64,000 nt of DNA, taken from NCBI GenBank assembly GCA_965263035.1, contig OZ253580.1:2624001-2688000 (forward strand), given 5' to 3'. The DNA is from Acidobacteriota bacterium (GTDB taxonomy: Bacteria; Acidobacteriota; UBA6911; RPQK01; JAJDTT01). The notes below the pieces were generated by a model that did no database searches, was not told the DNA's origin, and was given only the letters and a program-made list of their open reading frames with translations. Below, piece by piece: positions 8,429 through 21,691 of the stretch (position 1 is the stretch's first letter; every line of letters begins with the position of its first letter). The position numbers were made by a program, and so were the translations under genes.

Positions 8429-11400
8429 TCACATCGGTCCCGGTGTCCTCAAACGCTGAAGATATTCCAACAGATCGGCCATGGCGGCGGGGCTGATCTC
8501 TTCCTCCAGACCCTCTGGCATGGTGGAGACGCTGGAGACCCGCAACGTCGCGATGCTGCTCCGGAGCAGGGTCTCCTCCTCCCCTTCCTCGCGCCGGAGG
8601 GTGACGGAGGTGGAACTCTCCCGGGCGATGACCCCGCTCACCGTGGCGCCGCTACGAGTTTCTACGACATAGGTTTCGTAGCCCGGCGTCAGGTTGAGAT
8701 TCGGGTCCAGTATCTTGGTGAGGAAGAACTTCCTGGGCCGTCGCCGGACCACGTCCGTGAGATCCGGACCGACTTCGCTTCCCATGCCGTCCAGAAGGTG
8801 ACACCGGCTGCAATTTTCGCGAAAGATCTCTCTTCCCCTGCGAACCTCCCCCTTGGCCGAGAGGGCGGACCGGTACCGTTCGACCAGGCCCTCGCGGCCC
8901 TCGGACAGATCGCCGAACAGTCCCTCGGCGCGTCGCCGAACCTCCTCATCCGGCGATTCGAGGAGCTGATTGATCCGGGCCCGGCCCAGGGTCCAGACCT
9001 GGACTCCCTTTTCCTGGACGCCGTCCAAGAGTGCACTCACGAATTCCTTCCGGGCCAGCAAACCTTCCCACGCCGCCTTGCGGACCGGTTCGGTGGCACT
9101 CCCCCATTCTCGGAGCAGGAACGGCACGACTTTCGGGCTCCCGGACCTGAGGAGCGACCTGACCGCCGCTAACTGGACTTCCGGAGCCTCCTGCGGCGTC
9201 ACCAGCCGCTGCAGAGCGCGCGTGGCCGCGTCGGCCGGACCCAGACCCAGGATCCGGATCGCGTTCACGCGGGCGGCTTCGTCCGTCCGGCTTTTGGAAT
9301 CCTCGAGCGCCGTGGCAACCAACCGCCGCAACCGGGGGGAATCGGAGAGCACGAGACGGTCGGCCAGATCCAGAGCGGCCGCCGCCACGGCCGGCGCCGG
9401 CGAGCGCATCAACCGGAACAGAAGGCGCTCGTTGCTTCGACCCAGGCGAATCCGGGCTTCGGCGCCCTGGCGCAGACCCTGGCCCAATCCCGCCAGCAGG
9501 GCGCTTCGCCACCACTTGCCGCCAGCTTCCACGCCACTGGCCGTCGGCTGGAGCACTTCCGTGATCCCGGCTTCCTGCTGACGAGCACCCAGGATCGCCG
9601 CGAGCCTCACCAGGAATTCCTCTTTGCCCTCGGTTCCGGAAGCGAGGAAGGCGTCGTTCCGGGTCACGGTCCGGAGCCAGCGGCCGGCGTTTTCGGACGC
9701 CGAAGTCAGGACGGCGGTCTGCAGCCAGCGGTCCTCCGGATGGCGCGCCAGGAGCCGGCTCAGAGGACCGAAGGACTGCGATTCCGGGAGCCGGCCCAGG
9801 GTGCAGGCAAGCTGGAACTGAACGCGCCGGTCGGGATCATCGACCAGCTTCAACAGCCGCTTCACCAGCCGCGGGGAATCGAACTGCTCGGAGAGCCGAA
9901 TCGCATGTTCCCGAACCCTCGCGTCGCCGTCGCCGAGCGCCCGCGCGGTCAGGCCGGCTTCGAGACCTCCCAACCCGTCAAGCGTCCAGAGCGTATGAAT
10001 TCGGGACTCCGGTCCGTCGGCGGAAACCGCCAGTTCCCGAAGGACGGGAACGACCGACTGGTCCTGCCGCTCGACCAGCAGACGCTGGGCGGTGATCCGC
10101 CACCACATGTTGGAATGGGACAGCGCCTCCACCAGGCGCCCGGAACCGGAGTCTTGCAGGTTCGGCGTCCCGTCCGCCTCGCCCGTCTCAGGGACCACCC
10201 GATAGATGCGTCCCCGGCCGGCGCCGGCTCGCAGGTCGAATCGGCCTTCCAGATCTTCCGGGACGTAGTCCGGATGCTCGACGTACTTGCGGTAGTAGTC
10301 GACCACGTAGAGCGCTCCGTCCGGCCCCACGGTCGTGAACACCGGCTTGAACCAGGCGTCGGTGGAAGCCAGGAACTCCCGTTCCTCGAAGGCCCGGCGG
10401 GCGGAGAAGGTCGCCCCCGAGGGGGAGAGCAGGTCGCAGTGCACCAGGTTGTGCAACGGGTCGCACACGAAATAGGCGCCTCTCAGCCTCTCCGGAAACC
10501 GGGCGGCGTTGTAGACGGAGTTCCCGCAACTGGAGGTGAATATTCCGACCTGCGATTCGTGGACGTAGACGGGATTTCGCGAGATGGGATAGACGGTGGA
10601 CTGATTTTCGTGATCGGAAGGAAACTCCATGGCGGAGGAGACCGGCAGGTATGGATTCCGCGACAGGTAACGGTACGCGATGACGGGATGGCGGATGTGG
10701 TTGTTGTTCCACAGACCGAAGCGGTTACCGGCGGCGTCGAAGGCGTTTCCGTATTGGGAGTTCCCGGCCACCGGCTCCAGCTGCAACCGGTCCGGCCGGA
10801 ACCGGAAATCGGTGCCCAGCGCCGCGACGTCGACGGCCGCGGCTTCCGGACGGCCGGGAAAATGGAGGGGTTCGCCCGTCAGTCCGAACTGTTCAGGATT
10901 GCGCCGCGACGGTCCGACCTTGGGGTAGACCCCGTAGATCCAGTTGTCGATGCCGTACAGGAGCCCGTTGACCCGAAGCTGGGGATTGTAGCGGTTGAAT
11001 CCGGTGAGAATCACCCGCCGTTCGTCGGCCCGCAGGTCGCCGTCCAAGTCGGGAAGATAGAGGATGTGCGGGGCGGCGGCCACCAGGACACCCTCCTTCC
11101 ACGGCATCAGTCCGGTCGGAAAGGCCAGCTCTTCGGCATAGACGTGACTACGGTCGAACTTTCCGCCGCCGGAGTCCTCCAAGACCACGACCCGGCCCTG
11201 AGGTTCCGATTGCATGGGATAGTCGCCCATCTCCAGGACGAAGAGGCGTCCCCGGCCGTCGAAGGCGATTGCCACCGGATCCGCCACCAGCGGCTCGGCC
11301 GCCACCAGCTCGATCTTGAACCCCGGCGGCAACTGGAACGTTTTCAGGGCTTCCTGGGGCGGAAACGGCGGCGTGTTCCCGCGTCCACAGCTCGCCAGGA

Positions 11401-11473
11401 GGGCGCAACAAACGGCGCCCAAAAGCGATCGGCTCACGCTGCCAGGAGCCATTGAGGCGCGGGGTCGGATCAT
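8429..11473 (-). CDS. PVC-type heme-binding CxxCH dehydrogenase-like lipoprotein
   Basis: Lipobox LLASC, FKIELVAAEPLVADP propeller start, HEAT-like repeats, CSRCH and STMPEGLE; start could be 11452. Confidence 0.82.
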   Translation of the reverse strand: MIRPRASMAPGSVSRSLLGAVCCALLASCGRGNTPPFPPQEALKTFQLPPGFKIELVAAEPLVADPVAIAFDGRGRLFVLEMGDYPMQSEPQGRVVVLEDSGGGKFDRSHVYAEELAFPTGLMPWKEGVLVAAAPHILYLPDLDGDLRADERRVILTGFNRYNPQLRVNGLLYGIDNWIYGVYPKVGPSRRNPEQFGLTGEPLHFPGRPEAAAVDVAALGTDFRFRPDRLQLEPVAGNSQYGNAFDAAGNRFGLWNNNHIRHPVIAYRYLSRNPYLPVSSAMEFPSDHENQSTVYPISRNPVYVHESQVGIFTSSCGNSVYNAARFPERLRGAYFVCDPLHNLVHCDLLSPSGATFSARRAFEEREFLASTDAWFKPVFTTVGPDGALYVVDYYRKYVEHPDYVPEDLEGRFDLRAGAGRGRIYRVVPETGEADGTPNLQDSGSGRLVEALSHSNMWWRITAQRLLVERQDQSVVPVLRELAVSADGPESRIHTLWTLDGLGGLEAGLTARALGDGDARVREHAIRLSEQFDSPRLVKRLLKLVDDPDRRVQFQLACTLGRLPESQSFGPLSRLLARHPEDRWLQTAVLTSASENAGRWLRTVTRNDAFLASGTEGKEEFLVRLAAILGARQQEAGITEVLQPTASGVEAGGKWWRSALLAGLGQGLRQGAEARIRLGRSNERLLFRLMRSPAPAVAAAALDLADRLVLSDSPRLRRLVATALEDSKSRTDEAARVNAIRILGLGPADAATRALQRLVTPQEAPEVQLAAVRSLLRSGSPKVVPFLLREWGSATEPVRKAAWEGLLARKEFVSALLDGVQEKGVQVWTLGRARINQLLESPDEEVRRRAEGLFGDLSEGREGLVERYRSALSAKGEVRRGREIFRENCSRCHLLDGMGSEVGPDLTDVVRRRPRKFFLTKILDPNLNLTPGYETYVVETRSGATVSGVIARESSTSVTLRREEGEEETLLRSSIATLRVSSVSTMPEGLEEEISPAAMADLLEYLQRLRTPGPM

Positions 11474-11628
11474 TCGTTGGAAAAATACTCTTTGCGGCGG
11501 CCTCCGACCCGCCGCCGGGTCCCAAGTCTGACTGGAAGTATAGTCCGCTGCGGCGGCCGAGGCCACGTCCCCGCGGTTCCAAGAGGACGGCAGCGTAGGA
11601 TCCGCCTTGCCTCCGGCGGCACCGCGAA

Positions 11629-12714
11629 CTATCCGGGAATCCGGGTCCGTTCCACGGTCGCGCCGTCGAAATGGTGTCCTCCGGCGGCGCGAGGCAGGGG
11701 TAGCTCCACGGCGGCGCCGGTCCGATTGGAGAGATGGGTGGCCTCGATCATCTCTATTGCGGCACGGCCGTCCTCGCCCGAAACAGCGGGAGGACGCCCG
11801 TGGCGCAGGCAGTCCACGAAGTCCTGGGTCTGAACGAAAAAGGCCTCCAGGCGCTTGGGCTCGAACGGTTTGTTGAGGAAGTCGATCCCCGGCATCTCCC
11901 AGACGTCTCGCCACTCTCCTCCTGTCGCCAGTCGAAGCTTTCCGAAGTGTTCGGCTTCGAGCATTCCCTTCTCACCCCAGACCCGGACGAAATCCATCAT
12001 GCGCGGGAATCCGGGCTCGGGGAGTTCGTGGCTCATCCACACCTGGGCGCTGGCGCCACGAGAGAAATGGACCTGCGCCATGGCGTTCCGGGCCTGCCAG
12101 TTCGGGGCCGAATGAGCGTTCACCGTGCCGAAGAGCCGGACCGGCTCGTCGTCGATCAGAAAGCGGAGCATATCGAAGCTGTGGGAACAGCGATCCAGGA
12201 TGTCGCCTCCGTTGTCGAAGTCCAAGAGCCAGGGTTTCCCAGGCTCGCGCAGCGGCCACAAGGTGTTCATCTGCACCATCCGCACTTCCCCGATCCGCCC
12301 CGCTTGGATCAGCTTTCGGGCGCGGGCGAAGACGCCACGATACCGCAGGGTGTGGATCACGCTGAGCGTGACTCCGGCCTCGCGGCAGGCGGCGATCATG
12401 GCGTCGCAATCGGCCACGTTGGTCATCATCGGTTTCTCGACCAGGACGTGTTTGCCGTGTCTGGCGGCGGCGATGGTCTGCTCGGCGTGCAGCTTGTGGA
12501 TCGTTGCCAAGAGCACGGCATCGACGTGCTCGCTGCGTAGCATGTCCTCGTAGCCGGGGAAATTCTTGACGCCGAAATCGGCCGCCAACCGGGGCGCTCG
12601 ACTTCCCTGAGTGACCCCCGCGAGCTCGACCCCCTCATTGTGGTCTCTCACGCAATGGGCATAGGTCCGGCCCATATACCCCGATCCCACGATGCCCAAC
12701 CGTACGACGTCCAT
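11629..12714 (-). CDS. Gfo/Idh/MocA family oxidoreductase
   Basis: GIVGSGYMG, HVLVEKPM. Confidence 0.9.
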   Translation of the reverse strand: MDVVRLGIVGSGYMGRTYAHCVRDHNEGVELAGVTQGSRAPRLAADFGVKNFPGYEDMLRSEHVDAVLLATIHKLHAEQTIAAARHGKHVLVEKPMMTNVADCDAMIAACREAGVTLSVIHTLRYRGVFARARKLIQAGRIGEVRMVQMNTLWPLREPGKPWLLDFDNGGDILDRCSHSFDMLRFLIDDEPVRLFGTVNAHSAPNWQARNAMAQVHFSRGASAQVWMSHELPEPGFPRMMDFVRVWGEKGMLEAEHFGKLRLATGGEWRDVWEMPGIDFLNKPFEPKRLEAFFVQTQDFVDCLRHGRPPAVSGEDGRAAIEMIEATHLSNRTGAAVELPLPRAAGGHHFDGATVERTRIPG

Positions 12715-12906
12715 GGCATGCTCCCCTGTTGCTGTCCGGTACCCGAAATCGAGAAGATTCTACACCGGCGCCGTCCCGCTGGAAGAGCGGCTCCCCGGCC
12801 AAGGCTACCCGGAAAATCCATAGTGGCGTTCAGGACCGCCGGCTGGTAGCTTCAGGCGGGGTCCGGAACGGAGCCGGCAGCGCGGGCGCCGGGAAAGGAG
12901 TCGGGT

Positions 12907-14025
12907 ATGGCCACGATCGAGATTCTTGACCACCACATCGTCTACGAGAACCCGCAACCCCATAATCGATCCCGTCATGGATACTTCCCCGGCCTGGTAA
13001 AACTGCCCTCGGGTGAACTGCTGGGACTCTTCGTCTTGGGGGAGGCCTTCGAAGCGACCAACGTGACGACGTTCGTGACCCGTTCCCAGGATCAGGGACG
13101 CACATGGAATCTACCGGGTCCGCTACACCGCAAGGAAGAGGCGTACCGCCACAACTCCGACTATCTGAAGCCGACCCTCCTGGATGACGGCAGGCTGATG
13201 GCTCTAGGCTATCGATTCCATCGCACCGATCCGGATCAGACCATCGCCAACCCCGACCCTGCCGTCGACGGCATTCGAGGGGGAGACAACCTGGTTTCAT
13301 TCTCCCATGACGACGGAGTCACCTGGTCCCATCCCAGGATCGTACCGCGGACCCGGCCGGAGTTGATCGAACAGTCCGGCCCGGCCATTCAGCTCCGCAA
13401 CAGGGTGATTCTGGGCGCCGGCTCGCTGTTCCCCAGGTGGGACGGAAGCAATCCCGGTGGCTGCGTCGGAGCCCTTCTGCGAAGCGAGGACGGAGGCGAT
13501 ACCTGGGATGACCGAACCAATTTCTTCCAGGACCCGTCCGGCCGCTATGCGCCGTCGGAACCGCGGTTGTGTGAAATGCAAGTGAACCGCATCGTCTCCT
13601 TGAACTGGATGATGGACCATGTCCAGGGGACCAACACCACCAATCACGTCACCGTGTCCCACGATGGCGGCGCGACCTGGTCGAGCCCCATCGACACCGG
13701 CGTCTGGGGGCAGGCTTCGAACCTGATGCACTGGGCCGGCGACATCCTGCTGACGGCCCACTGCCATCGCGAAGGAGAGGACATCGGCGTGTTCGTGAGG
13801 ATCGTCGATTTCTCGCGCGACCGCTGGCGGACGGTCGAAACGGCCAAGGTCTGGGGCAACGCCCCCTCCAAGCGGATCGCCGTCTATTCCAACATGGGCC
13901 GGAACCTCCGATTCGGCCAAGCCTCGTTGCTGCGCTTGGACGACGGCGATGTGCTCGTAACCCACTGGGCCATCGAAGAGGGCCAGGGGCGAATCCGCAC
14001 GCACCGGATTCGGGTTCGAATGTAG
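12907..14025 (+). CDS. Sialidase-like BNR/Asp-box beta-propeller protein
   Basis: Four Asp-boxes: [32 protein letters not shown]. Confidence 0.8.
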   Translation: MATIEILDHHIVYENPQPHNRSRHGYFPGLVKLPSGELLGLFVLGEAFEATNVTTFVTRSQDQGRTWNLPGPLHRKEEAYRHNSDYLKPTLLDDGRLMALGYRFHRTDPDQTIANPDPAVDGIRGGDNLVSFSHDDGVTWSHPRIVPRTRPELIEQSGPAIQLRNRVILGAGSLFPRWDGSNPGGCVGALLRSEDGGDTWDDRTNFFQDPSGRYAPSEPRLCEMQVNRIVSLNWMMDHVQGTNTTNHVTVSHDGGATWSSPIDTGVWGQASNLMHWAGDILLTAHCHREGEDIGVFVRIVDFSRDRWRTVETAKVWGNAPSKRIAVYSNMGRNLRFGQASLLRLDDGDVLVTHWAIEEGQGRIRTHRIRVRM

Positions 14026-14065
14026 ATTTCTCCTCAGGCGCTGCTCGTCCACTTTACCTCCCGCG

Positions 14066-14100
14066 CACTCCTCTTTTCTCTTTTCTCACTTCTCTCCTCC
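14066..14100 (+). repeat. Tandem heptamer array (5 units)
   Basis: CACTCCT CTTTTCT CTTTTCT CACTTCT CTCCTCC. Confidence 0.6.
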
Positions 14101-14101
14101 G

Positions 14102-14131
14102 TTGACCGTCCCCGGACCGATCTCATATTAT
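14102..14131 (+). promoter_or_regulatory. Putative sigma70 promoter for a leaderless guaB transcript
   Basis: TTGACC-18 nt-TATTAT, 6 nt before ATG 14138, no SD. Confidence 0.5.
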
Positions 14132-14137
14132 TCTTCG

Positions 14138-15598
<1,461 letters not shown>

Positions 15599-15636
15599 CC
15601 GCTTCCAGCCGTCCGTTGCCAGCCCGCTATCGGAAC

Positions 15637-16665
15637 CTATACCAACGTCGGCTCGGCAATATTCTTGCCCACGGCCTGGGCGATCCGGCGCATGTCGTCC
15701 ATGAGGCTGCCGAACTGGCTCATGTACAACGACTGGGCTCCGTCGCACAGCGCGTTCTCCGGATCCTGGTGCACCTCGATGAGGAGGCCGTCCGCACCCA
15801 CCGCCACGGCGGCCCGGGCCAGCGGAGCCACCCGGTTCCGGATTCCCACCGCATGGCTCGGGTCCACCACGATGGGAAGATGGCTGATCTGCTTGACCAC
15901 CGGAACGGCGGAGAGATCCAGGGTGTTCCGGGTCAGGTTCTCGAAGGTCCGGATCCCTCTCTCGCAGAGGAGGACGTTGTGGTTCCCCTCGGCCATGATG
16001 TATTCGGCCGCCAGGAGCAGATCGGTGATGGTGGCGCTCATGCCGCGCTTCAGAAGCGCCGGAATGCCGCTCTTTCCAATGTCCCGCAACAGATTGTAGT
16101 TCTGCATGTTCCGGGTTCCGATCTGAATGATATCGATGTAGTCGTGGGCCAAAGGAATCTGGGCCGATTCCATGACTTCCGAGATCACCAGCAGGCCGTG
16201 CCGGTCCGCTGCCTTGCGGATGATCTGGAGTCCCTTTTCTCCGTGGCCCTGAAAGGAATAGGGGGAAGTTCTGGGCTTGAAGGCGCCACCGCGCATGACT
16301 CTGGCCCCGGCTTCCTTGACCGCAGCCGCGACCTCTTCACACTGATCCACGGATTCGATGGTGCACGGCCCGGCCATGATCACCACCTCCTCCCCGCCGA
16401 ACTCGATGTCGCCGACCCGCACCCGGCTGCCCTCGGCGTGGAACGCCCGCGAGGCCAGCTTGTAGGGTTCGCTGATGCGGTGGACCCCCCGGACACCGCT
16501 CATGGCCTCGTAGTCCCGAGTGTTCACGATCTTGGCTCCAACGGCTCCCAGCACCGTATAGTCCACACCCGTCGACCGATGCACGTCGAAACCGTTAGCG
16601 ACGAGCTTGTCGACCACGTGTTCCACCTGTTCCGAAGTTGCGTTGTGTTCCATGACGACGACCAT
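15637..16665 (-). CDS. aroF: DAHP synthase type I-beta with N-terminal ACT-like domain
   Basis: MAGPC, GGAFKPRTSPYSFQG, LCERGIRTF, DPSH. Confidence 0.93.
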   Translation of the reverse strand: MVVVMEHNATSEQVEHVVDKLVANGFDVHRSTGVDYTVLGAVGAKIVNTRDYEAMSGVRGVHRISEPYKLASRAFHAEGSRVRVGDIEFGGEEVVIMAGPCTIESVDQCEEVAAAVKEAGARVMRGGAFKPRTSPYSFQGHGEKGLQIIRKAADRHGLLVISEVMESAQIPLAHDYIDIIQIGTRNMQNYNLLRDIGKSGIPALLKRGMSATITDLLLAAEYIMAEGNHNVLLCERGIRTFENLTRNTLDLSAVPVVKQISHLPIVVDPSHAVGIRNRVAPLARAAVAVGADGLLIEVHQDPENALCDGAQSLYMSQFGSLMDDMRRIAQAVGKNIAEPTLV

Positions 16666-16684
16666 GATGGGTTCCTTTCTCTAG

Positions 16685-16843
16685 CAGTCCGTGGTGAAAG
16701 TCCCGCGAGCCCCGAGACCGGTCCTGCGCCCGCCGGACAAGACGCGGTGAGGGAGCATACCGGGAGTATGTGAGCCGATAGCAACGCAGTCCGCGCACGA
16801 TGCAGGGACGGTCGAATGCCGTGACGACTTTTGCCACGGGCTG
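16685..16843 (-). mobile_element. MITE family A copy 2 (159 bp), between chorismate mutase and DAHP synthase
   Basis: Both TIRs present; plus-strand flanks CTAG / CTCG. Confidence 0.85.
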
Positions 16844-16872
16844 CTCGCTGCCGATACACGTTCATCCCGGAC

Positions 16873-17148
16873 CTAACCGCTTTTGCGGTACTCCCGCTCC
16901 ACTCGTCGAGACTCGTCGATGATCCTCTCGAACAGGCGCTTGATGGCGGCTTTGGACAAGGGGCCGCGCGTGGCCTCTTGAACCAGCCTGATCACCTCAT
17001 CCTCGCGCTTCGGATCATAGATGCCCAAGTTCAGCTTCTGTTTGAGCTTGACGATTTCGATCGCACACCGGCTGCGGCGATTGAGAAGTTCCACCAATTG
17101 GAGATTCATCTGGTCGATTTCGCTGCGCCAGTGGTCGATGTCAGTCAC
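16873..17148 (-). CDS. Chorismate mutase (AroQ type II)
   Basis: WRSEIDQMN...LLNRR...K...YDPKRE pattern; GTG start. Confidence 0.9.
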   Translation of the reverse strand: MTDIDHWRSEIDQMNLQLVELLNRRSRCAIEIVKLKQKLNLGIYDPKREDEVIRLVQEATRGPLSKAAIKRLFERIIDESRRVEREYRKSG

Positions 17149-17178
17149 TCTGGATGCCCCTTTTCGGAATCAGTGGGC

Positions 17179-17213
17179 AAAAAAAAACCGTGGGCTTTTG
17201 GGGTTGCCCACGG
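17179..17213 (-). terminator. Attenuator terminator before chorismate mutase
   Basis: Minus strand CCGTGGGC-loop-GCCCACGG followed by 9 T. Confidence 0.85.
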
Positions 17214-17245
17214 CCTCAGGATCGCTTGCGATGGCAGGCCGACCC

Positions 17246-17293
17246 TCAGCCGTTTCTAAAAAAATAATAGAAGCCCCGTAGACCCACCATCAT
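17246..17293 (-). CDS. Phe/Tyr leader peptide MMVGLRGFYYFFRNG (alternative GTG start at 17317)
   Basis: Five consecutive Phe/Tyr codons TTC TAT TAT TTT TTT upstream of a U-tailed hairpin. Confidence 0.8.
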   Translation of the reverse strand: MMVGLRGFYYFFRNG

Positions 17294-18089
17294 CGCCCTT
17301 TGAACGTAGAGATTCACAGTACTCCAGAATTATCCTGGGATCAAGTGCTCTCGGGCGAAACGGCCGACTTGCCTGGGCAGATCGGCATCATGCCGGTGCT
17401 CGTCGACGAACCGGACCAGGGCGGTTCCGATCACCGCGGCATCGGCATACCGCCAAACCCGACGGACGTCCTGGGCCGAGGTGATCCCGAATCCCACGGC
17501 GATGGGAAGGGAGGAGTATTTCCGCAACCGGCGGATCGTCGCCGGCACCTGCGACTCGACGTCGGACCTTTTTCCGGTGACTCCGGTTCGAGCCACCAGA
17601 TAGACGAAGCCGCCGCTGGCCCGGCTCACCCTCCCGAGTCTCTCGTCCGACGAGGTCGGCGCCGCCAGGAAGATGACGTCGAGTCCCGTTACGCAGTTCC
17701 TGGGGTCGCCCTGCTCCCGGAATCGGGTGTGCTCCTCGGGGGTCAGATCCGAGATGATGATGCCGTCCAGCCCGGCCGCGACGGCTTCACCTGCCAACCG
17801 TCCCGGTCCGTAGCTCCAGACCGGGTTCATATAGGTCATGAATACGAGGCCGGCGTCGACCCTGTTCCGCAGTCTCCGAACCAGTTCGATGTAGTCCGGA
17901 ATGCCGTAGCCGTGACGGAGCGCCCGATAGGAGGAAGTCTGGATCACCGGCCCGTCCGCGATGGGGTCGGAGAACGGGACTCCGATCTCCACGATATGAG
18001 ATCCGGCCTCTACCAGCTCCAGAACGATCCGCTCAGTCGCTTCCAGGTCCGGATGCCCGGCCGTCACGAAGGGGACGAAACACTTCGGG

Positions 18090-19285
<1,196 letters not shown>

Positions 19286-19289
<4 letters not shown>

Positions 19290-19873
19290 TTGTCGTCGTC
19301 TCCAAATCTGGCGGCGTGCTCTTGAGCCACCTTCAGAAAGGCCCTCAACTTGGCCCGATCCTTGATTCCGGGAGCACTCTCCACTCCGGAACAGACGTCC
19401 ACACCCATGGGATCGAGCCGCTCCAAAGCTTCACTCAGATTCCGAGGCGTCAGCCCGCCGGAGAGGAGAAACGGGCGGTTCAATGACTCCAGAGCGGTCC
19501 AGTCAGCGAGAGTTCCGGTGCCCCAGGAAGTGTCGATGATGACTTCATGCTCGGGAAATCGCGCGGCGCCGGAGGGGCTGGTGGCGATCCAGACCCGCTT
19601 GTCCGTACTCGGGATCTGGGAGGGGTCCTCGATCCCGTGCAACTGGATGGCGTCGAAGGGAAGCCGCATCCACAAGTCCTCGCCGGGCCGCGCCACCGCA
19701 ATAGCCACCGGAAGAATGTCAGGCGGAAGCTCGCCGGCCAGGGCTTGAGCCCGTTCCGGCTCCAGGTAGCGGGGGCTGGGGGGATAGAAGTTGAAGCCGA
19801 GGGCATTGGCGCCGTACCGGACCGAGTCCAAAGCGTCCCGGCGGCGGGTGATTCCACACACCTTGATGATCAT
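19286..19873 (-). CDS. trpF: Phosphoribosylanthranilate isomerase
   Basis: [25 protein letters not shown]. Confidence 0.93.
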
Positions 19874-20694
19874 CTCCGGAGGCTCCGGCTCAGTTCTTTC
19901 TCCCGGTTTTCGGAAGCATCGGATTGCAACAGTTCTCTCAATCCGGCTCCCGGGTCGGAGGAGTCCATCAGCAGAGAGCCCACCAGGAAGGCGTCGAAGC
20001 CGGCGTCGCCCAACTCGACCAGTTGGACATGTTCGCGGATTCCCGACTCCGACACCAGGACGAACCCTGTCTCCCCCTCCAGCAGCCTGGCCAGCTTGAA
20101 GGATGTGCCCAGGTCCACCTGAAAGGTTTTCAGGTCCCGGTTGTTGACGCCTATGATGCGGGCCCCGCTTTCCACGGCCGTCTCCAGTTCGAAGGCATCG
20201 TGGACTTCCACCAGAGCGTCGAGCTGAAAGTCCTGCCCGCCCCGAATCAGCTCCTTGAGCCGGCCCGGAGAGAGGCAGGCGACGATCAGGAGGAAGGCGG
20301 ACGCGCCGTGCGCCCGGGCTTCCGCCAGCTGATACGCATCGAAGATGAAATCCTTCCGCAACAGGGGCAGCCCCGTCTCCTGCTCCCAGACGGCGCGGAT
20401 GAACTCGAGGTCGCCGTGGAAGAAATGCTCTTCGGTCAGGACCGAGATGGCCGCCGCCCCATGCTCCAGATAGAGCCGGCCGATCTCCTGAGGAGGCAGC
20501 CGGCAGGAGAAGGCGCCGCGGCTGGGGCTACGGTACTTGATCTCGGAGATGACATTGATCTGCGGACGAGTCAGCGCCGCCTCGAAGGAGGGGACCGGCC
20601 GGCCGAGGTCGACCCCCAACAGTTCCTCCAGGGGAACCCTGCCCTTGGACTCCGCCAGATCCTCTTTCTTCCTGGCCAGGATCTTATCCAGCAT
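19870..20694 (-). CDS. trpC: Indole-3-glycerol phosphate synthase
   Basis: EIKYRSPSRG, LRKDF, GVNNRDL, SESGI. Confidence 0.95.
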   Translation of the reverse strand: MLDKILARKKEDLAESKGRVPLEELLGVDLGRPVPSFEAALTRPQINVISEIKYRSPSRGAFSCRLPPQEIGRLYLEHGAAAISVLTEEHFFHGDLEFIRAVWEQETGLPLLRKDFIFDAYQLAEARAHGASAFLLIVACLSPGRLKELIRGGQDFQLDALVEVHDAFELETAVESGARIIGVNNRDLKTFQVDLGTSFKLARLLEGETGFVLVSESGIREHVQLVELGDAGFDAFLVGSLLMDSSDPGAGLRELLQSDASENREKELSRSLRR

Positions 20695-21691
20695 ACGCTT
20701 CGATCAGCCGATCCAGCTTCCTCACCGCGCTCCCCGAATCGATGGATTCGGCCGCTCGATCCAAGGCCACCTGAAATTCCGACTCTCCCGCCAGGTGAAG
20801 GGCCGCCGCCGCGTTCAAGACCACCAGATCCCGTGGGGAGCCGTGCTGTCTCCCTTCCAGAATTGCCCGGGCCAGCCGGGCGTTGTCTTCCGGGCTGCCT
20901 CCGGAGACGGCCTCCGGGTCCCAAGAAGCGAACGCATGGGGGGCCGGGTCGAACTCGAAGCTGCGGTGCCGGTCCTCCCGGACTTCGGTCACCCAACTGG
21001 GAGCCGCCGTCGAGAGCTCGTCCAGCCCGTCGCGGCTGTGGACCACCCAGGCCCGTCGGCAGCCCAGAGCGGCCAGGGCCTGTCCCAATTTCCAGGTCAA
21101 TTCCCGCGAGTAGACGCCGATGATCTGGTACGGAGCACCCGCGGGATTCGTGAGGGGGCCCAAAAGGTTGAAGATGGTGCGATGCGGCAACTGACGCCGG
21201 ATCTGAACGACTCTCTTCATGGCCGGATGGAACAGGGGAGCGAAGAGAAAGGCGATCCCCAACTCGTCCAGACTCTTCCGGGCGACTTCGGCGGACCGGC
21301 CCACCTGAACTCCCAGAGCCTGGAGGACGTCTGCGCTGCCGCTCCGGGAAGTGGCGGCCCGGTTGCCGTGCTTGGCCACCGGCAGCCCGGCGCCGGCGAT
21401 GACGAAGGCCGCTGCGGTGGAGACGTTGAAAGTGTCCGCTCCTCCTCCCGTTCCGGCCGTGTCGATGAATCTGCGGTGACGGCACCGCAGGCTCACGGCG
21501 TGACGCCTCATGATCCGCGCGAAGCCGGCAATCTCCGAGGGAGTTTCTCCCTTGGAATACAACGCACTCAGAAACGCCATGATCTCCCGGTCCGGCGTTC
21601 CCTCCGCCAGGATCAGCTCCAGGGCCCGGGCGGCCGACTCCTGCGGGAGGTCTCGGGACGCCTCCAACTCTCTGGTCAGCTCCTGCAACAT
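20684..21691 (-). CDS. trpD: Anthranilate phosphoribosyltransferase
   Basis: DTAGTGG, KHGNR, RTIFNLLGPLTNP. Confidence 0.96.
   Translation of the reverse strand: MLQELTRELEASRDLPQESAARALELILAEGTPDREIMAFLSALYSKGETPSEIAGFARIMRRHAVSLRCRHRRFIDTAGTGGGADTFNVSTAAAFVIAGAGLPVAKHGNRAATSRSGSADVLQALGVQVGRSAEVARKSLDELGIAFLFAPLFHPAMKRVVQIRRQLPHRTIFNLLGPLTNPAGAPYQIIGVYSRELTWKLGQALAALGCRRAWVVHSRDGLDELSTAAPSWVTEVREDRHRSFEFDPAPHAFASWDPEAVSGGSPEDNARLARAILEGRQHGSPRDLVVLNAAAALHLAGESEFQVALDRAAESIDSGSAVRKLDRLIEAYAG

Noticed and set aside
16595-16837. Recurring peptides such as MAKVVTAFDRPC and ARGKSRHGIRPS in several ORFs
   Set aside because: Translations of the family A MITE; frames differ between copies because of indels
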